DNA of 64,000 bases from Podarcis bocagei (lineage: Eukaryota). Under the pieces are notes generated by a model. It ran no database searches, had not been told where the DNA came from, and saw only the letters and a program-made list of their open reading frames with translations. The DNA lies in NCBI GenBank assembly GCA_964188305.1, contig OZ076893.1; one strand, given 5' to 3'. The stretch's first letter is position 1; each line of letters opens with the position of its first letter. The position numbers were made by a program, and so were the translations under genes. Positions 25,364 through 37,830 of this stretch are shown piece after piece.

Positions 25364-28300
25364 TAACCCTTGATGGACTGTTTTGAGTGTCTACGATGCT
25401 GTTGATTGTTGGGAGTAAACTTGCACAACGTTGTCTGAACCAATGAAAGCAATAGACAGAAAGATAACCTATTCTTCCTCGCTGACTCCTCCTTAAGTAA
25501 TTACTTGTTGATAGAGTAGATCACTTCCTTTTAGACTTTATGTCCTCTTCTCTAAGTTTAGTTAGTTCAAGCCAGTTAGAGTATCAGTTAGCATGTGAAA
25601 TTGCTAACTTCTTGACTCCACTTTGGCCACATCTTAAATTTATGCTTAGAATGGGTTTGTTTGCTATGGGTAATAAATCTTAAGTTTTCTTTATCCTTTT
25701 AACCAGCAGTCTTATCAGACTCTTCCTTTTTGCACACCAGTGCAGTATATTTACTAAACACTGATAGTGCCTGCTTTTGAGAAGGATTAAAGAGAGCAAT
25801 TATGAACGTGGCTGTTGTGCTTTTGCTGGTGTGTAGAAAAGGACTCAAAAGAAAGCAAATTCCCAAGAACATGCTGGTTGTGACAATTACAGTAGGCAAA
25901 TACAAATGCGGGGGGGGGGTAAATTGCAGAGAGAAAAGATAGTTGAGATAAGAGTTGATGGCTTTTCCTATTTTTTACCCTCTCTGTGTGTAAATACAAC
26001 CAAAACTTTTGGCCAGGAAAGGTTGTTGGCTCCAGGGAAGAAGAGTAGTAACTTTGGTAAGTTTACAGGTTGTCCAGGAGACCACAGATACACTAGAAAC
26101 TGTGCTTCCTAAATAACATATGCTGTTATTATTTAATGGTCTTTACCAGTGTGGTTTTTTGAAAAAATGTGTTAGGATTTTACTGCTGCTTGTCTTGCAG
26201 TCCCCTGAAAGAAAGATCTAGACTGCATCTAGCATAGATCCACAAGTGTATAGAGTTAAGACTAAGCTACACATTATGTTGAAAGCATTGTGAACTAATG
26301 TGCTCAGTTACAACCCTTCTCCCAGTCCCATTTTGCCACCAGAAATTATGCCCAAAGGTACTTCGGTGCAAATATTAACTGGAGGTAATTCTTGACACAC
26401 AAAAAGTTAAGGGAAAGGGTGAACCTCATTTCCCCACACCATGGACCCAATCCTGTGTCTTCTTTTCTAAGAAAAGTGGTGTGGCCACTACTAAGCACAT
26501 TACTTAAAGATGCTTTTAACAGAGTGTGTAGTTTAGGCCTTAGATGCCAATTTCCAAGCATGTCAATAAGCCAAGTGAGAAAGTTCAATATTATAAAATA
26601 TAATTGGTACCAGACAATCCATTTCCACTAAAGGCATATGTCTAGACTAGGGAGAAAATGCCAGCATTTTGAATGAATGAATAATGCAGCAGTTATTTTA
26701 TTGTAATGAAACTTATCAAAATGTGTACTGTAATGGCCATGACTTTTAAAGAGGGGGGGAGAAGAACCTTGCTAGCAATAAAGTTGTTGTAGGGGAAAGT
26801 ACTTTTGACAACAATGAAGGTACAGTATATAAATAACTGTTCGAATGTGAGCTTCACTGCTCAACTAGTTATTACAGGTTGGCAGTCTATAGAATGTATA
26901 ATCATTCAATCATTATTTTTTATACCTTTTAGCACCCCTCAAATATTATTTTATAGATTTGCTTTCAGTAAATGTTAATTATGCCTGGACATTTATTTTA
27001 AACTTGGTATACCACACAGTTTGACACATCAATAGCTCAACAAAGGATAAAATATATTTGGCTTATTATTAAATAACACATTTAGGACTTACTAAGACAT
27101 GGGGTTGTAAAATACAACTTGGGGTTCTGTTCTGAGCAATAGGGGAGGTCTTTGCTCTGCTCTGTTTACATAAAAATGTTCGCATTATATTTACCAACAG
27201 AGGGAGATAACGGAGGACACCGTGGGGGCGGGGGTGGGGGAAGCTGCTGTATAGGAAGGCAGAGGACAGTTAAGGGTAATTGTAATAGGATTTCTATATA
27301 TAGCAAGGCTGTGCATCCACTCTTAGCACTTTATTCTTTCCTTGAGCGGGTTGACAAGCCGTCTGATGTACCTTCAAGTGCATTTTAGAACAGAATCAAT
27401 TTTTATGGCTGTATTAGATTATCACATAATCAAATGGCATGCATCAGATCATAGACCACCAGAGTCAACATCAATATGAATGTGAATAAAGTCCAAGCAT
27501 TCCTAGTGTGCAAGATATTCAGTGATTACTATACAGCCGTTTTCAATTTCACAAACATGATTTACATATTAGCCTTTCTTTCCAGCATAAACAAGTCACA
27601 CACAATTGAATGAAAGCAACCATTTTGATTACTGCTATTAATTTAGATCGGAGAGGAGGTTGTGATTTAAGCTTGTGACATTTTTCCTGTGCTATTCTCA
27701 GCACAGAGGTGACTGCTGCTTATGATTTTGTTGTATACATTTTACAATATAGAAGCACCAAGTTCCTGTCCTTGGTGGACTACATTGCTGATTAAAGGCA
27801 ACGCATCAGATACAAATATTTGAGAAAGGAAGTAAGAGTAGAGAGAGGGTAGGACAAAAGATGTACGTACCTCTGAACATAGTGTCAGCTTTTCCCTACA
27901 TGCTCATCTTACAAATCAGTTATTATTAAAGCGTAGATGTTTCAAAATACTTGTTTTACATTTTTCCAAGAATTTTTACTGTGAATTTCATATACCCCAA
28001 AAAAAGGCATAGGCTTAAACAAAACATATATCAGAGAGCCTAAATAATATAATTTTTGTAATAGTGGTCAAATAGCCATAATACAATAATGTATGTTCCA
28101 AATTACTGGTGGACTGGGCATGTTTGCTTTTGAATCCCATTTTGGGATTTTAAATGTCTCTCCATCAGCTAGTGAGATGTACCCAGTATTTTAGTTTATT
28201 AAACTGCAAGTTGACTTGCTCTTAAAAGAAAAAGTTCCTTTCAAAATTTCCCAAAAGTGTGTTCAGTCTGTGTAAGTAATAACTGTGTTCACTTCTGGAT

Positions 28301-28718
28301 TTTGAATAAGTCTTGTTGAAACAATGGCCACAGTTCTTGTGGGAATTTAAAAACAAATTGTGTGGATGCATACTGGAATAGAGTGTGTTTTCTAGATTAA
28401 TTGGGCAAGCTACCTTCCATTCATTATCCCAGTAGCAGAACACCCAGCAATAAGCAAATAAGCTCCAAAGCTCACTTGGGATTTGCTAAAGTATGGATCA
28501 TATCGCAATCAAAAATACCGTTCAATTGTTACTGGAGTCAATGGAAAAAAATCCAGGAAAAGTAAATTATTGTACAAAACTGGAAAGCAAAAAAATGTGG
28601 CTGTGTGTGCCATGTATAAAATCCTTAAATCATATCAACTCTGAAAGTTCAGAAAGGACAGCTAATTTATAACTACTTTTGGATTGCAAAGCACAGGGTG
28701 AATAAACTACTTGCCTGT

Positions 28719-28821
28719 ATGTGAAGAAGTGTGCATGCACACGAAAGCTCATACCAGTAACAAACTTAGTTGGTCTCTAAGGTGCTACTGGAAGGAATTT
28801 TTTTATTTTTTATTTTGTTTC
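28719..28821 (+). mobile_element. Penelope-like element end with 14-bp direct-repeat flanks
   Basis: Near-identical to 29258-29350; AACTACTTGCCTGT at 28705-28718 and 28822-28835. Confidence 0.8.
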
Positions 28822-29167
28822 AACTACTTGCCTGTGTTACTTTGTGTAGGTATATTTTGGCTTTCAGTGCAGATCTTCCTTAAAACATGTTTTCCTTGCA
28901 TGTTTCAATGCATAAAGCCTACAACACAAGGCAGATACATTCAATATGCTTGGAAGTCACAACAAAATGTGCTCTGTCAACCTCAATATAGCAAGTATAT
29001 CAAACAAGATGCTGCTTCTGGAAAGGGTGCTAATATGCTACTACAGATTTTCATCTCCTGTCCTAAAATGTTAGGGAACAGCTATATTGAGTTTACACAA
29101 GCTCACAGATAAGAAAAAACAACAACATTAAATCAACCTCTGTATGGCTAATCACAGAAATAGTGGT

Positions 29168-29385
29168 CAAAATAAAAAAATTCCTTCCAGTAGCACCTTA
29201 AAGACCAACTAAGTTAGTTCTTGGTATGAGCTTTTGTGTGCATACAATACATGGTGTATCTGAAGAAGTGTGCATGCACACGAAAGCTCATACCAAGAAC
29301 TAACTTAGTTGGTCTTTAAGGTGCTACTGGAAGGAATTTTTTTATTTTGACTATGGCAGACCAACACGGCTACCTATCTGTAACT
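29168..29385 (+). mobile_element. Penelope-like element end with inverted partial terminal repeat and 12-bp TSD
   Basis: Arms 29168-29243 and 29274-29349 are reverse complements (1 mismatch); AGAAATAGTGGT at 29156-29167 and 29386-29397. Confidence 0.85.
29256..29293 (+). ncRNA. Minimal type I hammerhead ribozyme motif (PLE-associated)
   Basis: GTAT (stem I) CTGAAGA A GTGTGC-AT-GCACAC (stem II) GAAA GC TC ATAC (stem I'); palindromic AGCT in place of a stable stem III. Confidence 0.75.
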
Positions 29386-29712
29386 AGAAATAGTGGTGTT
29401 GGGCTGAGCGGAAATGAAACTCCCAGTTTTCCTACCCCATTCCTGGGCAATGAAGCGGGGTGGATAGCAGTGCTTCTGGGGTAATGAAATGCAGGCAAAA
29501 TATTTAAGACTGCAATGCCAAGGTGAGCTCTTTCTATCAGATGTAAGCTTGCAGCAATATTATTCTTTGTTGTTGTTGTTCAGAATCCATCTAGGAATGG
29601 CATCACATAATGACATAGTGTTGCTCACAGAACAGTTCTAGAATGAAATGGCAGGCAAAGGGTTTTTTTGTTACAGAAGTCCCATGGGAATTATGTTGTG
29701 TCACCACATATA

Positions 29713-30019
29713 AAAGGTACTCCTGACCTAGGTCCAGTCGCGGACGACTCTGGGTTTGCGTGCTCATCTCGCTCTATAGACCAAGGGAGCTGGCGTTTGT
29801 CTGCAGACAGCTTCTGGGTCATGTGGCCAGCATGACTAAGCCACATCTGGTGAACCAGAGCAGTGCACAGAAATGCCGTTTACCTTCCCTCCGGAGCGGT
29901 ACCTATTTATCTTACTTGCACTTGACGTGCTTTCGAACTGCTAGGTGGGCAAGAGCTGGGACTGAACAACGGAACTGCCGACCTTCCAATCAGCAAGACC
30001 ACAGCGCCACCCGTGTCCC
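29713..30019 (-). mobile_element. Sauria SINE with internal deletions, 12-bp TSD
   Basis: Reverse complement of the 25052 family; TCACCACATATA at 29701-29712 and 30023-30034. Confidence 0.9.
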
Positions 30020-30861
30020 ATTTCACCACATATACTCCTAGATAAATTTCTCAGTCCTAGTTAAATTTGCCAGTATTGGAATAAGAATAACAGGTTGCTA
30101 TTTTTTATGGGGTTAATTAAATATAGATTTTAATTTAATAGATTTTTCCAGAATTCCACAACACAAAACAGCAACAAAGGAAAACAGTACTTGGTCCAGT
30201 TAAGGCATTGTCGTTAGATCATACAAATAAAACATGGCCCAGAATAGAAAGTCAAACAGTACATTCTTTTACCATATTTAAGCAAAGGACCAAAATTGGT
30301 TAGGAATCAAATCTGGCGATATGGGTCATTCTGAAAGTGAAGGGAGGATAGAGAGTTTCTGGGACTAGTATTCACTTCATCAGCTAATTTGGCAAGTATC
30401 TTATCTACATGGTTTTGGAGGAGAAGGTAGTATTTATTACTTTTGTATCCACCCTTTGCCATGAGGCCCCAAGGCCAGTTACAATAATTTTAAGATACAA
30501 TATTAAAATCAGGTAAAACAAATTAAAGCCAATGTAATAGGAGGTTCCTAAAAATATATCTCACTTGTCAAATACAGGAATCCTGAGCAGTGGAGGGAAA
30601 GGGAATGCAAAAATATCAGACCATGATGACCATATTAATCCTTCAAAGTGTATAAAATCATTACAGCAACCATTCGGAGAGCATTGTTGATGACAATGCA
30701 GACATCCTGACACTGGCAATCTAACAAACATCCTGGGATAAAAACCTGTTTTCTTTTCCAAACAGCACTCACTTTCAGCACCTGTTTTCTTTATTCAGTC
30801 CATATGTGATGGAACTGAACTACTTGACAAGTGATAATTCATATACAGTACATATATAGAG

Positions 30862-31207
30862 AGATAGTTTTTAACAGGAGTAACAAAAATAGAAAATAAT
30901 CAATAACAAATACAACAACAACAAAATAAGAAAATATACACAAAAATACATTATCAAATCCATAAAATTAGATTCTCCTAATCCTGTGACTCCCCCCGCC
31001 CCCTGGTCCTCAAAAGTTTTCCCCCCGACTGCTTTTCATATCTACTCCAACTTATTTATAACCTCAAATTTCCTATACTATCTCTAAAATTGCAAGTGTT
31101 CTTAAAATCCTGCCAATGTATTAACTTGATTACAATACTTTTGCAAATACATAATAAACATTTCCCATTCCAGTTAATTTTGCCATTTCAGCATAGTCCA
31201 TTAACTT
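30862..31207 (-). mobile_element. Old L1-type 3' fragment
   Basis: Similar to 4122-4500 (aatcctgccaa...ttcccatt...aattttgccatttcagcatagtccat; minus strand MDYAEMAKL). Confidence 0.7.
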
Positions 31208-32432
31208 GACAAGTTGTAATTCAATGGCTTTATGCTGAAGACTGGTTTTGAAATTTATTTGCTCCAGGGTAGCCGCTTGATTGTCAGTAATAGAGTGCCT
31301 TCAGAGGTTGACATGTTCTTCCACTGATTTCTGTGTTGTGCTTTCTGATGTCAGATTGCTGTTACATTGTGTTGAATCTGGACTGTTTGTCACTGCTGAG
31401 AGGCCGCTGCTGACCCACCGGATGAACGGCTCCTGTTTCCAATGTGAGATAGTGCTTGTATATCCACTGTAGACATATGTTAGTAGCGTGACTTATCAGT
31501 AGAAGTTAGCCCAGGCAAAACACTGAATATGAAGTGGAGCATGTCAGCTTAAGCCCAGGCATTTTCTGCCCTTATCATTCCAATTTTCCAAACGGAACAA
31601 GATCCAGTGTCGGTGTAAATCTTGAGCGCGGAAATTTACTCCAGCGATTGATTGGCATAATATAAAGTCAAGCATATATTTCTTCTTCATGCTGGCTTTT
31701 TGATATACCGGAGGCCTGTTTTGTGGTGGTTGTTTTTTTAAAAAAATGTCAAGTACCTCATTTCCAAACAGCACTCACTGACAACACCTGGAATTGCATT
31801 CATTTTTGGAAATTGTGCAAGAAGCAGATCTGTAATGATTTTTGCTCCACAGCTGAATGAGTTCCATAGCCTAGGTTTGTCCTCATGAGCCCTCCAGTTG
31901 GTAGGCAATCCTGGGGGCTGCAGAATGACAAGCAGCGGCTGTGTTGTGTGGAAGGAGGGCTCTATACGGAGCCCTTAACCACCCAGTAGAATCAGCATAA
32001 TGAAGGAAAAGCAAAAGTTACAATTACCACCCTTTAGACATCATGTTTTTCTGGTGATTCCAGTCACAGGAGTGACGTGATCCCCTCACCTTCCTTGCCT
32101 GCAAGATGACATCAGAATGTTTTGGGGCCCTCCTTGAAATTCCAAGGTCCCTGTGGTTCATATGATTGAAGTTATATTGAAGGTCCTAGCAATACACAGT
32201 CAGGACTGAACCCATTGTTCATACTGAGCAGAGGTTACCCCATATATGGGTCTGCTGTCAGGCATGTGATGAGGGCAAGTTCAGCAGTACATATGATTTC
32301 AGCACTTGCCTTCAGCTGCTATGGTGATTTGTGTTCCTTCCCTTATAGCTATAGTATTTATTATTCTTTGTTCTAGCCATATCCTATTTTCCTTATACTA
32401 CACACAGCATTGGAAAAGCCTGTTGTACTCAT

Positions 32433-32539
32433 TGGGTTGTGGCCAGTTAATTCTTACACAGAGTAGACCCATTGAAATCAATTGATTTGAATTGGCCCTT
32501 AGTGGGTCTACTCTTTGTACACATTAATTGGCTACAACA
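32433..32539. mobile_element. Palindromic MITE (GGTTGTATCC-type ends); related copies near 39117-39219, 46338-46445, 55454-55571
   Basis: gttgtggccagttaat...agagtagaccca / tgggtctactct...attaattggctacaac inverted arms. Confidence 0.75.
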
Positions 32540-34141
32540 TTGTCATTCTATAGTCCTATTGCTCTCATTAGTACATTGCAATAAATAGACATTGTGTTAA
32601 GCAAAACTTTACCCATTTTAAAAAATATATGTGACCCAAATGTTGGTTTCCATGCAGCATAATAGGGACAGACTATTTCATAGTAGCAAAGCATGAGATT
32701 TGTCCCATGTTTAGTTCCCACTCTCTCCAGGAAGTGGGAGTTGTGTCAGGAAAAAAGCAACACCACACTGATTGCTTTATTTTCTGTATTTTTCAAAAAG
32801 AGGAGGTAAAGATATTTACATACATTGTTGATAACTAGTTTAGATGCAAAGGTAAGAATGTGTAGTAATTTATCTTGCGGTAGGGTTCTGTTTCAGTGAT
32901 TTCACTTCTAAGACACCAAATGATTAATTCCCTTGGTGCTGCCACTTGGCCTAATTGGTCTCTGTATACAATGCAAACAGAAGGTCTGCTTCCTTATTGG
33001 CTCAATAAAGACTTTATTATATAATGCCATAGATACTGACCAATCTCATTTATCATTATGTGCAAAACTCATTTTTTATTTTCTTTTAAGGTAATCTAGT
33101 GCCATTTCACACATTGCATTTTAAGGCATCAAGCTAAAATAATGCAAAGAGGAATACAGCCAACCAGGAATTTGCAGATGAGTGTATCATATAGGTGGCC
33201 TCATCAGGGAGCCAGGATTGGCTGCGAATCCCTGTCAATTACAATCCCTGTGAACCCAGTTACAAACTAAGATCTGCTGCCATGAAATGTATGAAACAAC
33301 CTAGCTGGCAATGATTTCTTTTCCCACCTAAAATGTTGTTGCTGAGAATATCTGTTATAATAAAATGAAGCATGACCCAGGCATGGAAACCATCTGAACT
33401 AATTCCGGACAGTTTCCTTAGCTGTGGTTTCTAATGATAACACCAAACAGAGCATACACCTAAATGCCTCCTTGCTGCTACGTGGTTGCTCTCGGAGTTC
33501 TATTTCAGGATTTATATTTCTCCCCAAAGGGAGTTCTGAAACTCAGGACACTGTGTGGTTCTGTGCAAGATCAGCACCTGTTTTTAAAGTTCAGGCCGAA
33601 AGTGATCTGGCAACGCAGCAAGAGGATTAACTGCCGGGACTAATTACAGACACAGTTGCAGGTACAGGCCAAGAGGTCAGGTGAAATGTCATGTTGGCAG
33701 GATAAACCAGCCAGCCCACGCAGAAAGCCTGAGGAAGAGAAGCAGCTTGTGAGGACAAGGAAAGAGGGTGGGTTGAGAGGTACAGGGTATCTTGCAGAAG
33801 GGGATTGGATTGCTGCAACAGGGAGTACAGGTAAACCATGGCTTATTGTTTGGCAAGGATAGCTTGATACAGGGTCATACTGTAGGTTCTGTAGCTGTAG
33901 CTGTAATACGTCTAGGGAGTCCATACAGGGTAAATGTCCACATTGTCTGCAGTAATATGGAGAAAATAGCATTGCGCTACATGGCAAGGCTGGGGGCCAC
34001 TTTTCAGCACCACCCCATATGCAATATGAAGTTGAGTACCGTGGACAACCTTGCAGGGGGGTTATAAATCCTCCCTGTTTTTCAGGCCTCTCCCCCCTCA
34101 CATCTGCATTGAGAGCAATTGCTTTCTTGATAAGTAAAGGT

Positions 34142-34330
34142 GAGACTGTAGCCCAGTGGCAAAGCATTTAGTTTGCATGCAGAAGGTATGAATTGAGGTC
34201 TCTGGCATCTCCAGGTAAGGTTTGGGGGAAGTTCTCTGAAACCCTGGATAACTGCTGCCAGTCTGTGTAGATAATTCTGAGCTAGATAGACCAATGATCT
34301 GACTCAGTATAATGCAGCTTCCTATTTTCC
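34142..34330 (+). mobile_element. tRNA(Ala)-derived SINE with CR1-like tail
   Basis: Head with tttgcatgc anticodon-like loop; tail gagctagatagaccaatgatctgactcagtataatgcagcttcctat. Confidence 0.78.
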
Positions 34331-35094
34331 AAAATGAATATTTGTTTATTCAAAAAAGGAGCAACTACTATGGGGGTTTTCCCATATGAAACACCCCCCG
34401 AAATCAGTTTTGGCTCATATCCAGTTCAGATACCTCATCAGCCTCTCTGTCGTATCACATGACATAGAATATTTTTTTTGAGATAAATGTTTAGTTTTAA
34501 TTTATTTTGTGGGTGGTGGTTTTCTGAAAGAACCTTTTGCTTCCTGTGCTGAAATCAATTCCTGCCACTCCAGGATGTGTGACACACAGTGTTTTATGGT
34601 TACAAAATGTGGCTTGTGTTTGTATCGATCATAAAGTGCTATTAAATTCTGCAGCTCTGTAATAAGATTATAAAAATCAGGGCAACAGCTCATTTTTGGT
34701 TTGTCTGACACATTAGGCATTCTTGCTCATTATGAATTGAACGGCTACTGTGAGCTTCCCTTAAATGATCAGCTTGGGCAATTTCCTGTTTAGTGTCCCA
34801 AAAGTGCAAATCTGAATGATTTTCTCATGTGCAACTTTGCAAGCATGCCTACTCTGTTTGGAATTTGAAATTTATACTCTGCTCTGGATGTATCTAGGCA
34901 TAACCCAACAACAGGAATAAAACTGTGCATATATTGTCTTACGATCACATGTTGCCCTTGTGGATCATGCCAAAGTATTTGATCTGGTAATCTGAACACT
35001 TACTTCCCACAGATTTCAAAGAGCACTGAGTAGACAATGAACTAACCAAATGTTCAGAAACGTATGTTCTTGTCTGTCATATACATCTAGTCTA

Positions 35095-35168
35095 TTATTA
35101 ATAATATGAATAGTTTTATTCTTTGTACCCCACCCATCTGACTGGGTTGCCCCAGCCACTCTGAGCAG
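35095..35168 (-). mobile_element. L2-type extreme 3' end
   Basis: cccatctgactgggttgccccagccactctgagc is the reverse complement of the end of the 1655-2082 element. Confidence 0.75.
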
Positions 35169-37539
35169 TTCATTCATACATGGTTAATCTGCAATCTTGA
35201 GCCCATTTTCTAGTGAGAATGCCCCATTGAACATAGTGGAACATACTTTTGAGCAAACATTCATACAACTTTATTCGTCATCACTTGACTGTTCAGTACT
35301 TGATAACTGGCAGCAGCCAAATGTTGAAAGCATGGTATTCTTTGCTAGAGATGTCATGATGTGCATATATTTACATGTCAAAGCCCCATGACATTCTCCA
35401 GGTATTAAAAAACAAGACAATACGCAGCATTTTGGTTTTATGGGATTAAATAAGGCCACAGTTTTATTGGTTACAGATGTGAAGGTTTTGGCCATGGGCA
35501 TTGGGATAAGCCACCCGAATACCACTCCAGCCCCTCTGCTGGCAGTGTCTCTAAGGGTAAAGCCAACTGAAAGGGATGCTCTATGACCTATATCAAATTG
35601 GGGCATCCCCCAAATGGTCCCTGTTGGAGGAGTGGTATGGCCTAGCCCCCGTCTCAGCGTCGGACAGTAGCCACTCCTCCCAGATCCTTTTAACAGGATA
35701 CCCTTACTCGTGGAGTCAGGCAGAGGCTACAACCTCCCCTCCATCCAAGATCTAAGCTTACCCAATGCCTGTCTGCCTTACAAAGCTGTGACAATTGCTA
35801 TGAGGTTGGCAAAAACCAGTTGGCTGGTGCCAATTTGCAAAATGGGAAGATTCCCACCAGTGAGGAAAATAGAGGCCAATTGGCCTGGTAGGCCCACAAT
35901 ATATCCTGGCCACAGGCAATCTGGCCTGCCATTTGCCGGTTCATTAAAACAGCCCAGGATCTGCCCACAAAACTGCTTGTGCTAGAAGGCAAACAGACTT
36001 CCCAGGGCTCACATGACTGATCCAGGACCTGGGGTGTTCATGGACATCTTAAATCACATTTTACCAAAAGCTTGGGGGGGGGGGAGTGGGAAAGGCTAAC
36101 CATAAACTTCCTCTTCCTTATTTCACAAATAAATGATCAATATCAATGGGAGCTGCTTTTTCTCTGAGGTCAGTTCTGAATCAGTTCTATGAAGCCATGT
36201 TAAAGAGCAAAAAATGTGTTCAGTGAAACATAAGAGCTCACAGTGCTCTTGTATGGTATCCCGGTGTGGTGTGGTATGTATGGCATGTGTGTTCTCTATC
36301 TTGAGAATTCCACCATATTCAAAGCCTTGTCTTTTCTAAGGGTATCCCATTCTGCCAGTACAACCGTTCCACAGCCCATCCCCATACAAGTGGGTGGCAG
36401 TGATGCCAATATCAGGAGGACAGCTATGTGACTCTCCGCAGCCAGCCAGCCATGCTGCTTCTGCATATGCTGATACCAGAAATCACTGCTTAGCTCACAA
36501 TTAACCTTTGTGTCATATGAATGGAAAAGGGAGCAGAGCGGGTTGAATCCTTCACACAGCTGGACTGTCCAGCACAGCTGTGTATCAGGTGTCCATCTAA
36601 ATCCCTTCTGAGGAGCACATTATATGTTGTAGCTTTCACATATTTATAGTAATGAATATGCAATCCTTTTAATTACATTCTCACATTAAAGAATTGCACT
36701 CCTATACTTGTTAACTTTTCTCACTGATTCCTTTTCTTGTTAAAAAAAATATATTGCAAGAAAATCCAACACAGACTTTCTATTTTCGAGACAGCATCTC
36801 AACTTCACACCTAACTATGCAGATTTAAATAGAGACCTATTGATGTTCAGAAACAGCTGGTATAGCCAGACAACTCTGTGTTGTAGCCATTAAAGGACAG
36901 TCAACTGTAGGGTGACAGGACTGTGAGAGCCAAGGTGAGTCACCTTATCAACATTTGACTTGCCTCCATAAATATAATCCGTTATTCCAAAAATCATATT
37001 CCATCCCACAACACAGGGGGGGACCTCTTTTTGTTGTTGTTTCATATCCTGTTCTAATTTACTAATTTAAGTCTGACTGAGTACTGCTGCGATGTGAGGG
37101 GTTATATTGCTTTGGCTAATAGGTCATCTTCATTTTATGTATGTTTTATGTGTGTTAAACAACTTTATATATGGAAGGATTTTATATCTACAATCTATAG
37201 CATACAAAGATACAAAGATGATCCTCTGGGAACAGCCAAATGGGTTCCATTTCTTATTTCAGTTTACTCAGAGAAAGCTGATGTACCCATCCTATTATTA
37301 CAATGAGTATCAATAAAAATGTGAAAACAAAACATAAGAGGCTACTGTCCATTTAGAAGAAGCTTTATCAGCATCTACTCTGCTACCTTCAGGGGAAAAA
37401 GTAGTTCTTCACAAGACCCTGTGGTGCTAGTTGGGAGAATGATTTTGATTTTACAGCACTGTTTCTATTGCAGTAAACGTCTGCCTTCGTGAGTAGATGT
37501 AACTCCAGTACCCATTTCTTTTTAGTCAGACTGGATAAT

Positions 37540-37830
37540 GATATAGTTATGGCCACCAGCTTGGATAGCTTTAAAAGAAGATTAAACAAATCTATGGAGG
37601 ATATGGCTTTCAGCGGCTACTAGGCACAATGGCTATGTTGTACCTCCATTGCCAGAGGTTGTATATGCCTCTGAATACCAGTTACTGAAAATCACAAGTA
37701 TGGAGATTACTGTTGCACTCAGGTCCTCCTTGCATGTTTCCTATAGGCTTCTGGTTGGCTACTGTGAGAACGGGATTCTGAACTAAAGGGGTCTTTGGCA
37801 TGATCCAGCAGGGCTGTTATTATTTTCTTA
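37540..37830 (+). mobile_element. CR1-like 3' fragment
   Basis: ggccaccagcttggatagctttaaaagaagattaaacaaatctatggagga...tgatccagcagggctg. Confidence 0.75.

Noticed and set aside
33640-34167. 175-aa ORF, longest outside KCNB2
   Set aside because: Spans several repeat fragments with no domain or credible gene structure.
34142-34213. tRNA-Ala-like sequence (also near 13240)
   Set aside because: T arm/B box is degenerate and it continues into a SINE body; not a tRNA gene.
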